64,000 nucleotides of DNA from the NCBI RefSeq assembly GCF_026571515.1, contig NW_026864809.1:124001-188000 (forward strand). The letters run 5' to 3'. The notes beneath the pieces were generated by a model. That model searched no databases. It was not told the DNA's origin and worked only from the letters and a program-made list of their open reading frames with translations. The translations under genes were made by a program, and so were the position numbers. This stretch comes from Ruditapes philippinarum (Eukaryota). Shown here in pieces: positions 13,981-29,007 of the stretch (positions are counted from its first letter, which is position 1; each line of letters opens with the position of its first letter).

Positions 13981-16550
13981 CTTATTTTGTAAGAAACGAA
14001 CCAATTACTTTGTGACCAGATAGTATTATTTCAAACGAATAAGAATGATAATTATAATAGCAAACTATTTTCAAATAAATAAGTAATGGTCATTATAATG
14101 GCATGCATCAAATGAGTGCAGTTACAGTTTCTCTGATAATCAATTTCAGCACATTGGTGTAGAAAATTGAATATCTTTTGAGACGGTGATCATGGGCGTA
14201 AGAGATTATGAACTATTTATTTCTTCTCTCATTATTGGACTCAATTGGAGTCAAAACCCACTTACAGAAATTGTCTTTTGCATTCATTTTTATTTCTTGA
14301 AACATTTTCTAAAGCAAAACTTATTAAATAATTTAAACAGAGATGAAATATAAGTGTACGACTTACACGCTTTTTGCTTAATCTTATACTTAACATTGAG
14401 ATCTGCATAGAATTAAAGGAAATGACAGAAACACAGTCAAACATAGGAAACCCAGCGAAAAAAACTCATAATAAGTTGTTTTTGGGTCATATGTGTTACC
14501 ACGTCTGTCCATAAGCAGTCTCAATCAAACGGAGACTGCAACATTTTCAATATTGCCCGTCATTTACCCTATTTTATAAAATCTAAAATTCAATCTCCAA
14601 ATAATAATGCAACAATTAAAAATCAATTTTCATGTTATGAAGATTTACAATTACATATATCATATATACGTAAAGTTTATACAACATATATACTCTTATT
14701 TATTCATGGTAATAAACTAAATAAGTAATTATGTAATGTTCTGTATTAGCTGGTTGTTCATATGAGGATTAACATTCAAACAGATTAACTTAATACGCAA
14801 GTGATAACATCAAAGTTAAGCCTTAGAAATATACATTTTGCTGTCAATATTGACATATCTTTGGTGGTTTCAGATCATTTCTGATGAAAGCCACAAGTCA
14901 TTATATGTTTGCATCAGACAGCATTCGACCACAACATCCATCACAGCTAATTAAATATCTGTCGAAACCTAATGCATGTATACAAAAGTCACGCATATGA
15001 TTAAACATAGGATATAATATACTGTATGAACTTATTTGAACAGTGTGTAGTAATTTTAGGCATATATCTATCTTTGTAGGAGAAATAAATTAAATTTTCT
15101 ATTGGCTTTATACAAAAACCACTTTGTTTTCATAGAAAGGAATGAAATTACGCATTACGGTAAACAGCATAAGTAAAAGACATGATGATTAGTCATAGAA
15201 TATATTGCTTGAGTTTACAAATGTGACAAATAATGTATGGTCGTAACCCACTCACCCGGGAATACTTGCTTGTCTAATGTAATGAAACATTTAAAAAATT
15301 AATTCCTATATTACAAGCACTTTCTGAGACTCCTCTGCATCTTCCAACAACAAACCACGAACATCAAAATAAAGTTGACCTGTAAAAATCTTTCAAATAT
15401 AATTGCCCTTCGTCGATGTTATAAATTAAACAACAATAGAAATTTTTCGTGTGATATAATGTTTTTTACAAGTGGTATAACGTAAGTGCCAAATAACTAA
15501 TCAAATAAGCTACTTAAATAGGAAAGCTATTTAATTTCTATGAATAATATTTGGAATCTTTAATATCATATAACTCAGTAAACATTTGACTAGCTCTTGC
15601 TGTATAAAGAGTTGAAAATATTTTTCTTTTTCATTAAAGGTGTATGCGGCAGTTTCATTATGCATATCAAATGATAATCTCTCAGTTAAAAGTTATCAAT
15701 TATTTACCTGGAATTTAAAGGTTTTCTGCAACAACATATTAAAACTATCATAAATCAATTATTATGCATATGTAAACAGTCCATGCTTAAAATGGCTTCT
15801 GCATGTTTATCTTTTCGTTTTATTTTTGACCCTATTATTTTGCAATTGTTTTATGACATCATGACTTATTGCAATACTGTAGTCCAGAACGTTATATTTA
15901 CAATGTATCTTATTGAATTTAAATTAACTATGAATGAACGTTAAAGTGTAATCATTGGTTTGACGAAAACTGACAATGCTAGGAATTGTATGTCTTCTGC
16001 CCAATGAAGACAAGAGGATATTTCAACAATCTGAAAAAATAGACATGTCTGGTAACAAATTAATTAAATTTGTTGAATTTGCCTTTTTGTCCTTTGAAAC
16101 CTTGAAGCATGTGGTATATACATCGATGTACTAGATACAGAAAATAGGTTACTGTAAACTGACTAATATTTGTTGTTTAATGGTTTTGCATATTTGTTTT
16201 CTATGTATTGATTTATGCCTTTATAAACCAATATCATCATAGTAATTCAGGTTATTTAAATATATTTACATATCGATTTTCATCAATAATTCAAGTTTAA
16301 GAATCCATTGCAAAACTATAATTGTCAGAAGAAGATACGACCGTCAATTATTCAGTGCAATCTAAAGAACCATTATCAAAATTGCATAACTATTAGACTA
16401 ATTACACAATAAGTTGTCTCAAAAGTGCCTATTGTTTTTATTCAAGAGTTTATTCAAACCAAGTTAACGAAACCAAATCAAAATTATTACCATTTATTTC
16501 GGGAGGTGCTTTGAAACCTTTTTGACATGTGCCAAATAAATAACGCAAAT

Positions 16551-17125
16551 ACCAGTATTTAATCATTCAAGTGTTTGGTGCAATATAAGTATTTAATCAC
16601 TAAAGTGTGTGGTGCTTATCCAGTATTGAATCATTCAAGTGTGTGGTGCAAATCCAGTATTTAATCATTCAAGTGTTTGGTGCAATACCAGTATTTAATC
16701 ATTCAAGTGTTTGGTGCAATACAAGTATTTAATCATTCAAGTGTATCGTGCAATAACAGTATTTAATCATTCAAGTGTATCGTGCAATACAAGTATTTAA
16801 TCATTCAAGTGTATCGTGCAATACAAGTATTTAATCATTCAAGTGTATCGTGCAATACAAGTATTTAATCATTCAAGTGTGTGGTGCAAATCCAGTATTT
16901 AATCATTCAAGTGTTTGGTGCAATACAAGTATTTAATCATTCAAGTGTATCGTGCAATACAAGTATTTAATCATTCAAGTGTGTGGTGCAAATCCAGTAT
17001 TTAATCATTCAAGTGTTTGGTGCAATACAAGTATTTAATCATTCAAGTGTATCGTGCAATACAAGTATTTAATCATTCAAGTGTATGGTGCAAATCCAGT
17101 ATTTAATCATTCAAGTGAATGGTGT
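16551..17125. repeat. 34-bp minisatellite, about 17 copies
   Basis: Unit CMAGTATTTAATCATTCAAGTGTDTSGTGCAATA. Confidence 0.95.
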
Positions 17126-20100
17126 TAATGTCCATAGAAATCCTGTCAAAATCTACATAGAGAAAGGTTATTTTTTGTGTATTTATATAAATGTTCTAAT
17201 TTTGTCTTTGCATTGGACGTAAGTAAGGAAATATATCAGTGCTGTGCATTTTAGTAAATCAAATGTCCGACTATTGCGTAACAATTGTAACGATTGTGTT
17301 ATGTTAAGAAAAATACGAAAGATATTACAATTTATTATCTTTTTATTTATTTTTTATTTGTTTAAAGTATCTATTACGTTCTGTACACCACCAACGGCAA
17401 CATAAGAACATAGTGGAAACCTAGAAATAAAAGAAACAACTCTAGTTATTTCCAAAAGATTTATTGGTATTGTCTGAAGATTATCTAATCTAATCTAATC
17501 TAATCTAATAATTGACAATTTATAGTGGACTTTTCTTCCATTTCAAACTCATGAATTATTAAAGCCTTCGTAATGTTTCCATGTTGTTGTTCTTTCTTCT
17601 TTTTTTTATTCCTAATTATTTATTGAAAATGGCAATATCTACATGTTTATATTTTATCTTATTTTGAAATAAGTGCCTATAACTGTGCAAATTACTGACA
17701 AGCTTGTATTTCGAAACTTATTTATAAATTCGAAAATCTTTGTCAAATTAGTTTTGACCTTGAAATAATCTCTACAATTACAATTTGTGACATGCTTTTT
17801 TTCAAAACTAACTTAAATTCAGAGAGTAATGCGTTACTGAGGCAATTTAGAAGAAATTCATTATTGTTTAATATGATTGTTTTGTAAATTATGACGGTGG
17901 AACTCTAAGGCATTTAAATGACAATTATTAACGATTGAATTTTCTGACTGAATATTTAACAATTTAGATACTTTGACAATATAATATTCTATTAAACATG
18001 AGAGTTAAAGCTAAAAAGACATTTTTCGAAGGTGTATTACGTTATCCGTTTAAATAGAAAAGAAACATCTAAGAAACATGACTTAAAGCCGCTGATGATG
18101 ATTATGGAAGGGATTATCCGCCAGTTCACTTATTATGCTTTATGACATTCTAATTTCCGTTTTTGCTTTTGCGATAGTGAATGTGATGTTAGATTTTGGT
18201 TAGTGTATTTCGTATCATTCTAATTATAAAGGTATTTTGAAATATATCTTTGTTATACGTTAATTTTATTTTTATACACGTTTTTCTTGTTTCATTCTGA
18301 AAATTGGTATGATTTCCCTTAAAATATATTTAATACATTTTAATTCAAAATCACACATTAAAATCAACATTAGGTATTCAGTGTATGGACGCTACCGAAT
18401 ATGTGTTAATTCATTTGTAATAAAATGTTCAACATTTAATCAAAACAATCGAAACATCATTCGCAGTATAAAATGCTGTTTAACATTGACTCATTAAAAC
18501 AAAATCGTCTTCATAACAATGTTGACGTTATCAAAAAACGAAGCGGGGAACCAATTTTTGTAGTGCGTTTTCTTACGACAGAGGTCGCTGTTTAATACTA
18601 ACTGATCCCTTTCGGTGCGGACGTAAAATTCACATCATGGAAATGATCCGATCAAACATCGTGATACCTTGCCTTGAAAAAAGCTGTTACTAGCTCTATA
18701 TACAACAACAACGAACATGTTCTCTCTTGCATAATGCGCAACATATCATTTTTATTCTTTAAATCAACTCATTTTTGAAGATCTTTCAGAAAAGGTATGC
18801 ATCTGGCATACTGTATGCGGCGGATTTTGAGATATTTTGCCTCAAACTTGGCTTTTTTACTATACGTTATATATAGGGGGGATTTTTTGGAGTCATTAAC
18901 CTCCACATGATCGGATTAGTTTTCGTAGTAACAGATTTGTGAACACCGGTCAGGGAGCGGTTATTATTTTTTACATTTTACCAGTTATTCCCCGCTGATT
19001 AAAAGGGCCAAATTCAAGCGCAAAAAACTAATTAATTTTGAATTATACTTCGAAACTCTTAGTGTGCTATGCAAACTGCTGTTTCGAATACATAATACAC
19101 AATGTCAGCATGGGACTTAAATTAGTAAGATTTTTGTAAAATAAATACAGAAACACTGTAAGAATAAAATGTGTGTCAAATTAATTTTAGAAAGCAAATT
19201 CAAATAACGGAAAAATATTTGAAAGCTAGCAAATTAAATATCTAATTATAGTTTGCATGTTTACAGCCTTAGAATTGAAGTGTAAATTAAATGTTCGCAT
19301 ATTTCAATAAGAACTCGAGTTACGTCAGCAAGTACAACATCTTAATATTGTATAATGATTACAACGTATTGATAATAATGTCTTCGATTTAATAAAAATG
19401 TTTTCATAATAATAATAATAATGTCTTCCTATCAATAAGAATGTCTTCAAAATAATAAGAATGTCTTCATATTAATTACAATGTATTCATATTAATTAAA
19501 GTGGCGGTTAATCCCGTCCAAAGATGATGAGTAAAACATTGTTTAATTCTTTTTGGACAAAAGGTTATTTCACAAAATCTTGATAATTTGCCAAATTAAA
19601 TTGACCGAGGTTCAAAGGCATAAAAAACAGAAAAGTTTAATTTCTCACAATTTCACATGGGGTACAAAAAATGATATGCAAAGGATATTTAAGAAATGAA
19701 ACTAAAATATAGTCTGGAATGTCTTGTGTTTTCTTAGTTCAATTACAGTTAAAAGCGATGTAATTTTGGGTATTTTTCCCAATAAGAATAATTATTTGGA
19801 AAAACGAAATGAGCGAAAGATTTGAAATTTATTGGTCTAGATCTACATAAAAAAAGATAAATCTCGGAAAATTATATCCATTTTTGTCATGTCAAAAAAA
19901 ACATCGGTGGAGAACGAAAACAGCTTACATTCCTTTTTATCATTTCGGTGTTCGTACATACTTTGAAAGTTACTTTAGACCAATACATTTAAGGAATTTC
20001 AACAAAGAAAAAGAAATATACTTCAAAAGTGATGCTCATTTCAATACGTGTATTGATTGATTATCAAACAATGAACATTCCTTTCTAGAGGCAGAAGTGT

Positions 20101-20482
20101 ATGCCATATTATCAAACTCTTCCATTCATTTGCTGATTTCACACATACATAGCACGTGTAAACTCATCACTACTATATAGGATAGTTGTACTTCGCCTCA
20201 GTGATATGTTTTAACTGTCTCTTATTATGTAAACGGCTTATCAAAGCCATTATCATACACAATTTCTTACATACAAAAGCGGTTGTTTACTTTCACCTTT
20301 ACCCTACTGGCGTCAACTCATTCTACCTATGCGATCAAGACCAAGGTCTACACTGTTCTCTAAACAGCCAGTAATTTATCTTGAACTTTTACCTCAAATG
20401 ATGAATGGTTTTGTCCACATTGAATTATGACCAAGTTTATTTCAGGGATTTATTTTTTCAGGGGTTAAATAAACCTACTTAC

Positions 20483-20623
20483 CCCGTTAGATGTCTTGTT
20501 AAGGTGCATTGCTCTTTGTCTTATGTTGAACATGTAACAATCCGCGCATGGATGACCCACTTCATTTTTGTATGCTAGAATATTTTCTATGAGCATAATT
20601 AAAAACAATAAAATACTATGCAT
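20483..20623 (-). CDS. Exon of unknown secreted protein, paralog 1: MHSILLFLIMLIENILA-YKNEVGHPCADCYMFNIRQRAMHLNKTSNG
   Basis: Hydrophobic N-terminus; donor GGG|gtaagt. 24 of 30 mature residues match the 37.2-kb paralog, and 12 of those codons differ synonymously. Confidence 0.8.
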
Positions 20624-23600
20624 ATTGGCAGTCAGTTTAATTATCGTAAATCTTGAAGTTTTGTTTATAGTCACACTTTATGCATTAATTCAAGTCATCC
20701 AAATTCAATTATTCTATTTTTGTACAAAACATAGTTTACGTTTAATAACATTATAGAAATAACACATCATCCTTAACTTGTTTACTATTACTTACAAAAC
20801 AAATCAAACGTAACTACTTGTACTCATATCTTTTGTTGTTGTATTCTTTTCACTTAATCCTTATAAAATCACAATTTCAAACAGCAAAGCAGCATAGCAT
20901 CGATCACATTTAAATTGAATTACATTGCATTATGTGAACTGACACATTACATGTGAATCGTCACACAAACTGAACTTCTTCTTTTGCATGTATAATCCCT
21001 CCTAAGTAGAGTCTTAGCAAGCAAAGCGTGCTTTATTGTCCTATCTTGGAAACATTTGACAGTCTCTGTTCATATGAATAGAGACCATTTCTCCAATGTA
21101 TCTGTTAAGCATAATTCTAGATAAATATATATGTGAGTATTGTTATTCGATATTTGTATCTGGTCCAAATCACGCAACATGATATTGTCTCATTGCGGAA
21201 CAAATAATGACTGCTCAATATGATATACAGCTTCCTCGGGCAATTGATAGCCCTTATAATAATATATAAAACTACAACATACACTTTGTAGACAACTATA
21301 TCAATTGGGAAACGCATTCAGTTCATGATGAATATACAAGAAAAAATGTATCCCCATAGAACAAATTTGTAGTATAAGGGAAAACAACTTTTGTTTTGAC
21401 ACATAATGATTATTATAAGACTTTGATTTAGATAACAAAACAAGCGTATGAGATAACAAAACAAGCGTATGGCCTAAATTGAATAAAAATAAAATCTCAA
21501 GGTTAGAAAGTCTTAACACTGATCAGCATTAGTTAATTTTTAACCATAATCACGCCAAAAGATTCTTGTTTGATCATATACAAATCGAGATAAAACCATG
21601 TAAACTATTTGCTTCAAATGGGGAATTGTGGGCAAACCTTCTCAAAAACAAGTTTTTGTCAATTTTCTGTGTAAACAAAACAAAAAATACATGATAGCGA
21701 TTGTATAACCACATCGTGTACAAACGAAGATAAATAAAGAAAGATACAAAGCAACACCAACAGTATTCCATTTAGAATTATGCACTTATTTTTAAATGTA
21801 TCTTCCCATTATATGAATTATGATACTACAGGTTTTATATGTTATTTAGATTGTGTCATAAATAAGTTATTACAAACAACTTTGAACATTTCGCTAGACA
21901 AAGTGGCGCTTTAACAATTTCTGCCAATTAATGAGATACAACAAAGACGGCATCCAGTTAATTTAATTATTCACCATGAACTCAATACAATGTATGCTAT
22001 ACAATGAGGCAATACATTCTATAGGGGCTTCATTATTGAAATGCTTTGAAGATTGAAGATATATTTTTAATTAAGAAATGAACTTAAAGAAATGACACAG
22101 ACGTGTCACTTTGAATATTTCATGATTAACACCGTATGAGCATATCTGCGAATCTTTCTCAATTCAAAATTACGACATTTCTATGTTTAAATGTTTGATT
22201 CTGCTGAGGCAGGTGCGAAGTGGCATGGATGGTAGCTTGAATTTTTTCATTGCCGCCAATAACTGTGCTCAAGCAAACCAAGTCTTGAATATTTTGACTT
22301 TTTTCATTGCATAAGTTCTTTAGGGATTCCATTTCTTTCTAACCCTTAGTCGATATATTTCAGTTCTATTTAGTGTTTTAAAAATTGCATTAGTATTTCA
22401 TATTTATTTAAATTGTATAGATAGCAAGATCACTTTCGTTTGCATGAAATGATCTAAAAACATCGGGTTGTATGCAAGGTTAAAGAGTTAAAAATAATTA
22501 CTTGCATATTTGAATATTTGCAAACATTTTCTAAATATAAATAAACGATTCATTATTACCAAGATATATTTAAACCTTAGTAACAAAGTACAAAACGACA
22601 ATAAATAGACTTAATGTTAAATGTGCTCTGTGTTAAACTTCCTTCTCATTAATACCGTTTTCCTTTCGATTTGTGATCTAGAAGTTATTCAACTTAACTG
22701 ACGCGCAATTTAATGCTTCTATTATCATAGCTGTATCTGTAACTTCTTTGTTTCTTGTAAATAAGCGATGCATGGCTAGTTTAGCATAGCTTAATTTATT
22801 TCGGGAAATAATTTATCAACGTGGACACATCAAGAAACATAGAAAAACAGACATAACATGAATATGTATAAATATATAGATTATTGCTAAATATATCAAT
22901 GATTACACGAAGGAAATGGGTTTTATTTTTGCTTTTCTCTATAGAAAGTTAAATCCACGATTTTAATAATATAATATCTTATTCAGTACATTAAGTTCAT
23001 TTTCAGTAACAAAAGTTCATGTACTGGAGTTTAAAGTTAGACTTTCAAATCACCAGTTGATAGGCAGTCTTTATTGCCTCAGATCCCTCTCAAAATTGTA
23101 TTTTATTTTACCCAACGTTTTGTTATTTAGGACACATTTGTTACTTTTCTAATGGCATACAATTTAAAAATAGCTGAACGATCGTGTTATAAAAATATAA
23201 AAAAACTGCAAAAATCCTTTTAAGGTAATTCTATGTAAATTGTTTTTAATGTTTTGTTGTATAAAAGCGCAGTTCAAATTAATGTTAAATACATTCTAGC
23301 CGAACAACAAATATTTTTACGAGACTGTACATGCTGTATGTTCCCCTTCATAATTTCAGCGACATTTCTGAAGTATAAAGTTCTTTGCAAAGGGTTTATA
23401 CGGGCACATCGTCTGAAATATTCCTCAAACTTTTCCTAATAAGTATTATTAAGCTCAATATCATTTCTTACTGGGCAACTAGCCTTGTCGTACGATGAAT
23501 CTACGAATACACTGGCTATTTGTCGGTAATAAAATATTATATCATAAACGAAAACACCAATTACAGCTGTTTTTTTGGTATTGATATTCGTTTTCAGTTT

Positions 23601-24261
23601 AAGTCAAATGTAATAATTATCTGAAAAGTAGTCTTTATGTCAAAGTGAATAAAAACATAACCTTTTCAAGCCGATACATCGTACATGACAAAACAAGAAC
23701 AATGCCTTGAAGCGTAATTGGGTTTATGCAAAAGATTTATTGGTATTGTAGGAAGACTTATCAAATTAGTGTCTACAAAAGATGTTGAGTAGAAAACGCT
23801 ACTAGACATTCCTCTAAAAGAATTTGTAAACCTTGTTATATGGTTATTTATAGTGTATGTTTATTCTCCCTGTACATTTCATCATTCGTTTTTAAACCTT
23901 GTTAGTATGTTTCAATACCATGGCTTAGGAATATTTGTACATTAAATCTGTGTTTGATTAAATGCATGGCCCTCGATGAACCCCATTGATAATTTCCATG
24001 TAACTAACTGCCTTCTACATACATTTATATGGAATCCTTACGATGTTTCCATTACTTAAGCAACTTTGGCGATCTGGTTTCATTCACCAAAAACATTGTG
24101 AAAAATGCATGTTATGCAGTAAATTAATGTTTCAGTCATATTTCTGGCTGTTTGGACAGTGTTTATACCCAAAGAAACCCTTGTTCTTCTAACGTCCTAT
24201 TTTGAATTACCTTTTCAACAAACACTTTTCAGTACTGATTTCTACGAAAGACCGGTAGGGT

Positions 24262-24755
24262 CATTTCAACTTCATTTATTCCTGACTTTATCTTCAAGAA
24301 TTCACATTTTTAACTTCGTGAATTCACGTTTTCAACATACGGAATTCACGAATTCACGATTTCAGCTTCATGAATTCACGGTTTCAACTTCAGGAATTCA
24401 CGATTTCAACTTCATGAATTCACGATTTCAACTTCATGAATTCACGATTTCAACTTCACGCATTCAACTTCGTGAATTCACGATTTCAACTTCACGAATT
24501 CAAGATTTCAACTTCACGAATTCACGATTTCAACTTCATGAATTCACGATTTCAACTTCATGAATTCACGATTTTAACTTCACGAATTCACGATTTCAAC
24601 TTCATGAATTCAACTTCGTGAAAAATTTACGGTTTCAACTTCACGAATTCATGATTTCATCGTCATGAATTCACGATTTCAACTTCATGATTTTTGCGAT
24701 TTCAACTTCACGAATTCACGGTTTCAACTTGACGAATAAACGATGTCAACTTCAA
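24262..24755 (+). repeat. Subterminal 22-bp tandem repeat (TTCAACTTCAYGAATTCACGAT) of the left arm
   Basis: Directly visible array of about 20 imperfect units. Confidence 0.95.
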
Positions 24756-25129
24756 CGTATATGCCACGTGGCCGTGACGTCATTTGTCGCCATATTGAAT
24801 TGGTAATGAAATTGCGTGAAAAAATGGTTAGTGCTCGTTTACTTATTTACTATTGAAATATATCATTATTTTCATTTCAAATCCTTTTAAGTATTTGTAG
24901 GAAAATTAATCATATAAGTTTGTTTATAAAGAACATATATCATGGTGATCTAGAACACATAAATCCGGCTTTTCTTGAATAAGACCCTGGGTCTCAACCA
25001 AATCTTTATATTTTAAAATATTGTTTAAAATACACATAAGGGTTCAATCTATATGCATCTGTTTGTCAGAATTGGATTTTTCGTGTACAATATATAATAT
25101 TTTAAGTAATTGTATTGTTTCATCTAATT

Positions 25130-25940
25130 GCAGATGCTGGTGTTATCATTCATCATTATTTCTATGGCATTTTCTTGCATTTGCAACAGGAGAATCGATG
25201 ATGGATTTGATAGTTCAGTATTTTTCGGTGGGATATAAATACTAAATACAAAAGATATTAGCTATTCTTCTGTTGATTCATGGAATGAAAGTTAGTTATT
25301 GTCACTTAAAAATCATAAAGAGACTAAATTTACATAAGCGGACAGTAGAATCGAAAAATAAAGATATTTTTCGTGCAATTCTTCGAGAATTATCTGGGAG
25401 TGGTAAATGTTTTGGTTATAAAGAAATGTGGAAAAGACTTAAACTTAAATATGGCCTGAATGCACATCGTTCAACAGTGATAAGATTCATGTGGATAGCA
25501 GATCAAAATGGCAAGGAAAGAAGAAAAAGCAAGCGGCTTCTTCGGACGAAGTATTCGTGTCCGGGTTCAAATTTCGTTTGGCACATCGATGGATACGATA
25601 AACAAAAACCTTTTGGGTTTGCAATTCATGGGGCCGGATACAGTCGTAAAATTCGGATGCTTAAAGTTGGAACCAGTAATAATGACCCGCAGTATATTGC
25701 AAAATACTACTTGAACACCATAACCAGCTTAGGAGATTAGAATATTCGGACGGCCATGCAGCGAACTGAAGTTTTATCGTTGGAAAAAGCACGTCTAATT
25801 AACGGATCGAATCATTGTGGAGTATGCTTCGACGTCAATGCGTAGACTTCTTTACAAATGGGTTCAAAGATATGAGAGATACAGACTTAAACAATGATGA
25901 AAATATTTTTCAAAGACAGTGTTTGCTTTATTGTATTCAA
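25130..25940 (+). pseudogene. Degenerate IS3EU/integrase-core DDE transposase (left arm)
   Basis: ORF 25273-25740 contains YSCPGSNFVWHIDGYDKQKPFGFAIHG..GYSRKI..L..SNNDP; downstream LRRQC..F...FKDMRD remnant; stops and deletions present. Confidence 0.85.
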
Positions 25941-25989
25941 GTAATTTCAACTGACGGGGTTGCCTTCCAGAGTTCATGAATTTATTACC

Positions 25990-26680
25990 TAGTGTTTTAA
26001 GGTACACACATTAGTGTCATTTACCATGCATCGAAGGATTTTAAAATTACTAGGCATTAATGTCTACCATATCAAGACGACATGTCGCGCCTAAGACCCA
26101 TGTCCCTACCTTCAAGGTCAAAGCCACACTTATAGTCTAATAGTTTGAAGGTACTCATTTTTCTCGAGAAGAGTTTGCAGATAAACATTCAAGTCTGACT
26201 GTAACTTTGTCATGCATGGGGGATTTTAAAATAACTTGGCACAAATGTCTACCACATCAAGACAATGTGTTACTACTAAGACTCATGTCCGTTTGTGCGT
26301 CTCGTCCCCACTTTCACAACAATCATGTTCAGACGGTAACTTTTTCAAGTTTTGAGGGATTTTGACATAACTTGGGCACAAATGTCTATCACATAACAAC
26401 GTTGTGACGCGTCCAAAAACCAGGTCCCTTCTTCAAAGGTCAAGGTCACACTTATATTTTTAAGGTATGCGCTATCACAATTAGTGATTATAGGCTCACA
26501 CATTCGTATCCGAACAATAAGTTTGTCATGCATTGAAGAGTTTAAAAAAAACTTGACACAAATGTCTACCACATCAAGCTGACGTGTTGTGTGGTATGTT
26601 CCTACCTTCAAGGTCAAAGTCTAATAGTTTGAAGGTACTTTTGCTCATTAGAAGATGTTGAAGGTACACATTAGTTTCGA
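25990..26680 (+). mobile_element. HINE-like element with about 180-bp internal subrepeats
   Basis: Repeated catgcat..gattttaaaataacttggcacaaatgtctaccacatcaag...ttcaaggtcaa units. Confidence 0.65.
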
Positions 26681-28069
26681 AAACTTTATATTTCTCTTAA
26701 TTATACAAATGGTTCAATTTAATTAGTCATGATGAAAACATGCCAGTTAAATATTCCTCTTAATTCAAATGGAATTCATAAATTTGCAAGCCATACTTTT
26801 TAAAGAATGTATGTTTAGTCATCAGAATATGATTTTTCTAATTGATATTTTTTCATATGATTTAATATTTACTGTGATTTTACTGTTATTGTACGAATAA
26901 TGATTGATAAGAACGCGTTGTTACGCGTGACCTACGTGCATGTGGTAAATCAAATTGAAACTGTAAAAGTGTTACTTATAGAGTAGGTCATTTGAATGGT
27001 AAATAAAAGCTTTATTTGTGTTTACTTTTGTCTTTTTTCAAATTGTGATTTTTGAATCTACAGCCGATTGCCAAAACATTTTTAATTTCTTTTTTATTTC
27101 TTTTAGAACACTCTATTTGACTATTCTTTATAATAGTTGTTGCAGCTGCCTGATCTAGTATAATATCGGATCGCTGCTTACAAAAATATCAATCATAGAA
27201 ATATGTTTATTAACCTCGTGGAAACTGCCTTTTTTTTCTCCCATGCATATTTTATAACTGTTGATGTTTTAGACCCGTTTTGGGCGAGAGAGTTGCTTTA
27301 ACGGTCAGTTCATTCCTTCAGGATTTTTCACAATTTCTTCAATTACGTAATGGATACAGTAAGAGTTTTTCTTCGCAACTGTCTTCTTACAAACGTTAGA
27401 CAGTTTGCTAGGATAAACAACAAATTGTTCGAAGCTAAGTCGTTGATAAATTGTTTCTCTTAGCAAACCGCCTTCTTCATGTCTGTAAAAGACACGTTTG
27501 AAGAAAAGGAACCGACTTAAACGACGACTAAGTGTAAAGAACAGATAAATTAATAAATACATTACCTATATTTTAATCGGACAAAATAGACTTTCAGTCA
27601 TTTACAATGTTAAATGGATGCATTCAAAAGAGAGTCATATTTACTAAAATTCATTATGTCGATCAATATGTATTGCGTCAATCTTATTTTGATAAATGTT
27701 GCGGACCTCTTAGTTGTTAAATTTTCTTATTTACATTCTTAACACAATGGCCGTTGACGTTTTATATCTATTTTTCAGTGGTGGGGTGGGAGGACGACAG
27801 TAAATGTCATATCATTGTTGTTTATCCTGATAGAATAACATACGGTATACAAGTGTCAGCATTATCCAACGAACAATTGTTTCGTCGATAGTCAATAGTA
27901 ACTTTGTTCCATGAAATGGCCATCAATTTTTTTTATTTTATTCTATTTTCGATAAACTAAAACTACTGGATTACGCTATCAAGCTCGCTACAAAGTTCAA
28001 TTTGTTTTATGGTGTCCTCATTGAGGCAGTTATTATATCGCCTGTCAAGTTTTAAGATTGACTTTATCT

Positions 28070-28355
28070 CTTGTAATTGGTCGACCAGAAGACTAGGTAG
28101 CGCTTTTGTACTCACTCAGGCGTAGGTGTAGACGTCACATTTTGGTTTGCGTGCAAGTTGGTATCTCAAAAACTACTAAGAGGAAGGATTGAAACGTATT
28201 TGGAAGCATAATGTGCTATATCCAAGACGCGTTACTCTAATATGGATTTTGAAAGAACTATGGCCCTATTTGACCTTAGAAAATTCCACATTATCCAGAC
28301 ACTTGTTTTCCTATCAAGCACTAAGAATAGTCGAGTGCAATGCCCTTGTTAATAG
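28070..28355 (+). mobile_element. Short HINE-like element
   Basis: gcttttgtactcactcaggcgtaggtgt start; agaactatggccctatttgac and aatagtcgag end motifs. Confidence 0.5.
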
Positions 28356-29007
28356 ATAAGTAGCTATATAATACATTCTCTTTAAAAAAATTATTGTAGT
28401 CAAACAAGAAACATGCGAGAATTAATGTTTATCATCGCGAATGTTTTTACATTTTGACTCTCATAGTTTAGCATGCAACAAATTTAACTTTGAATGGCGC
28501 CAAAACTTTCATTTGATAATGCAAAAATCTCGCTATTTTTAATAAAATACAGAAGGGCGAGACAAGACCTCCAGAGAAAAAAATCTTGCATTTCAATAGA
28601 TGTCATATAACTGGCACGAAACAGGACACCGTATAATGCAGCTGCACTAAATCTACATGGAAGGTAACTGTTATTTACAGACGTTAGAAGAATTTTTGAA
28701 TAGTTCTGCTGAGGGTATAGTCGTATTTTAATCTATAGTTAAACAAAATGTCACCTTGCTGGATGTAGATAAACAATATAAACAATTTTCGTGAAATGTA
28801 CTTTAATTTGAACAAATTCTGAAAATAAAAACAAACATAACAAGTTAAGGAACTAAAGAAGAAATACGGCTTAATGGTATAATCGCTCAACATCTGTCAT
28901 TTATTTCAATGCATGGTGATGAATAAATTAAGATTGTATAATCAAGTGTTAAAATCTATATAAGTACAGGTTACCATGACCAAAATGACCGATCAAAAGT
29001 AAGACAA

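Noticed and set aside
16551-17125. CRISPR-like appearance of the 34-bp array (also the 22-bp and 42-bp arrays)
   Set aside because: Head-to-tail repeats without unique spacers, in eukaryotic DNA with no cas genes.
18100-19520. Inverted pair gggattatccgcca / tggcggttaatccc
   Set aside because: Short, with no flanking duplication found; more likely ends of two separate degraded elements than one structure.
23355-23412. Candidate exon 2 for the secreted protein (TMCPYKPFAKNFILQKCR*), and similar candidates near 15256-15380 and 17378-17420
   Set aside because: Plausible splice signals, but no counterpart conserved in the other units, so they cannot be supported without transcripts.
24159-24621. 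ORFs with repeated NSRFQLHEF
   Set aside because: Translation of the 22-bp tandem repeat.
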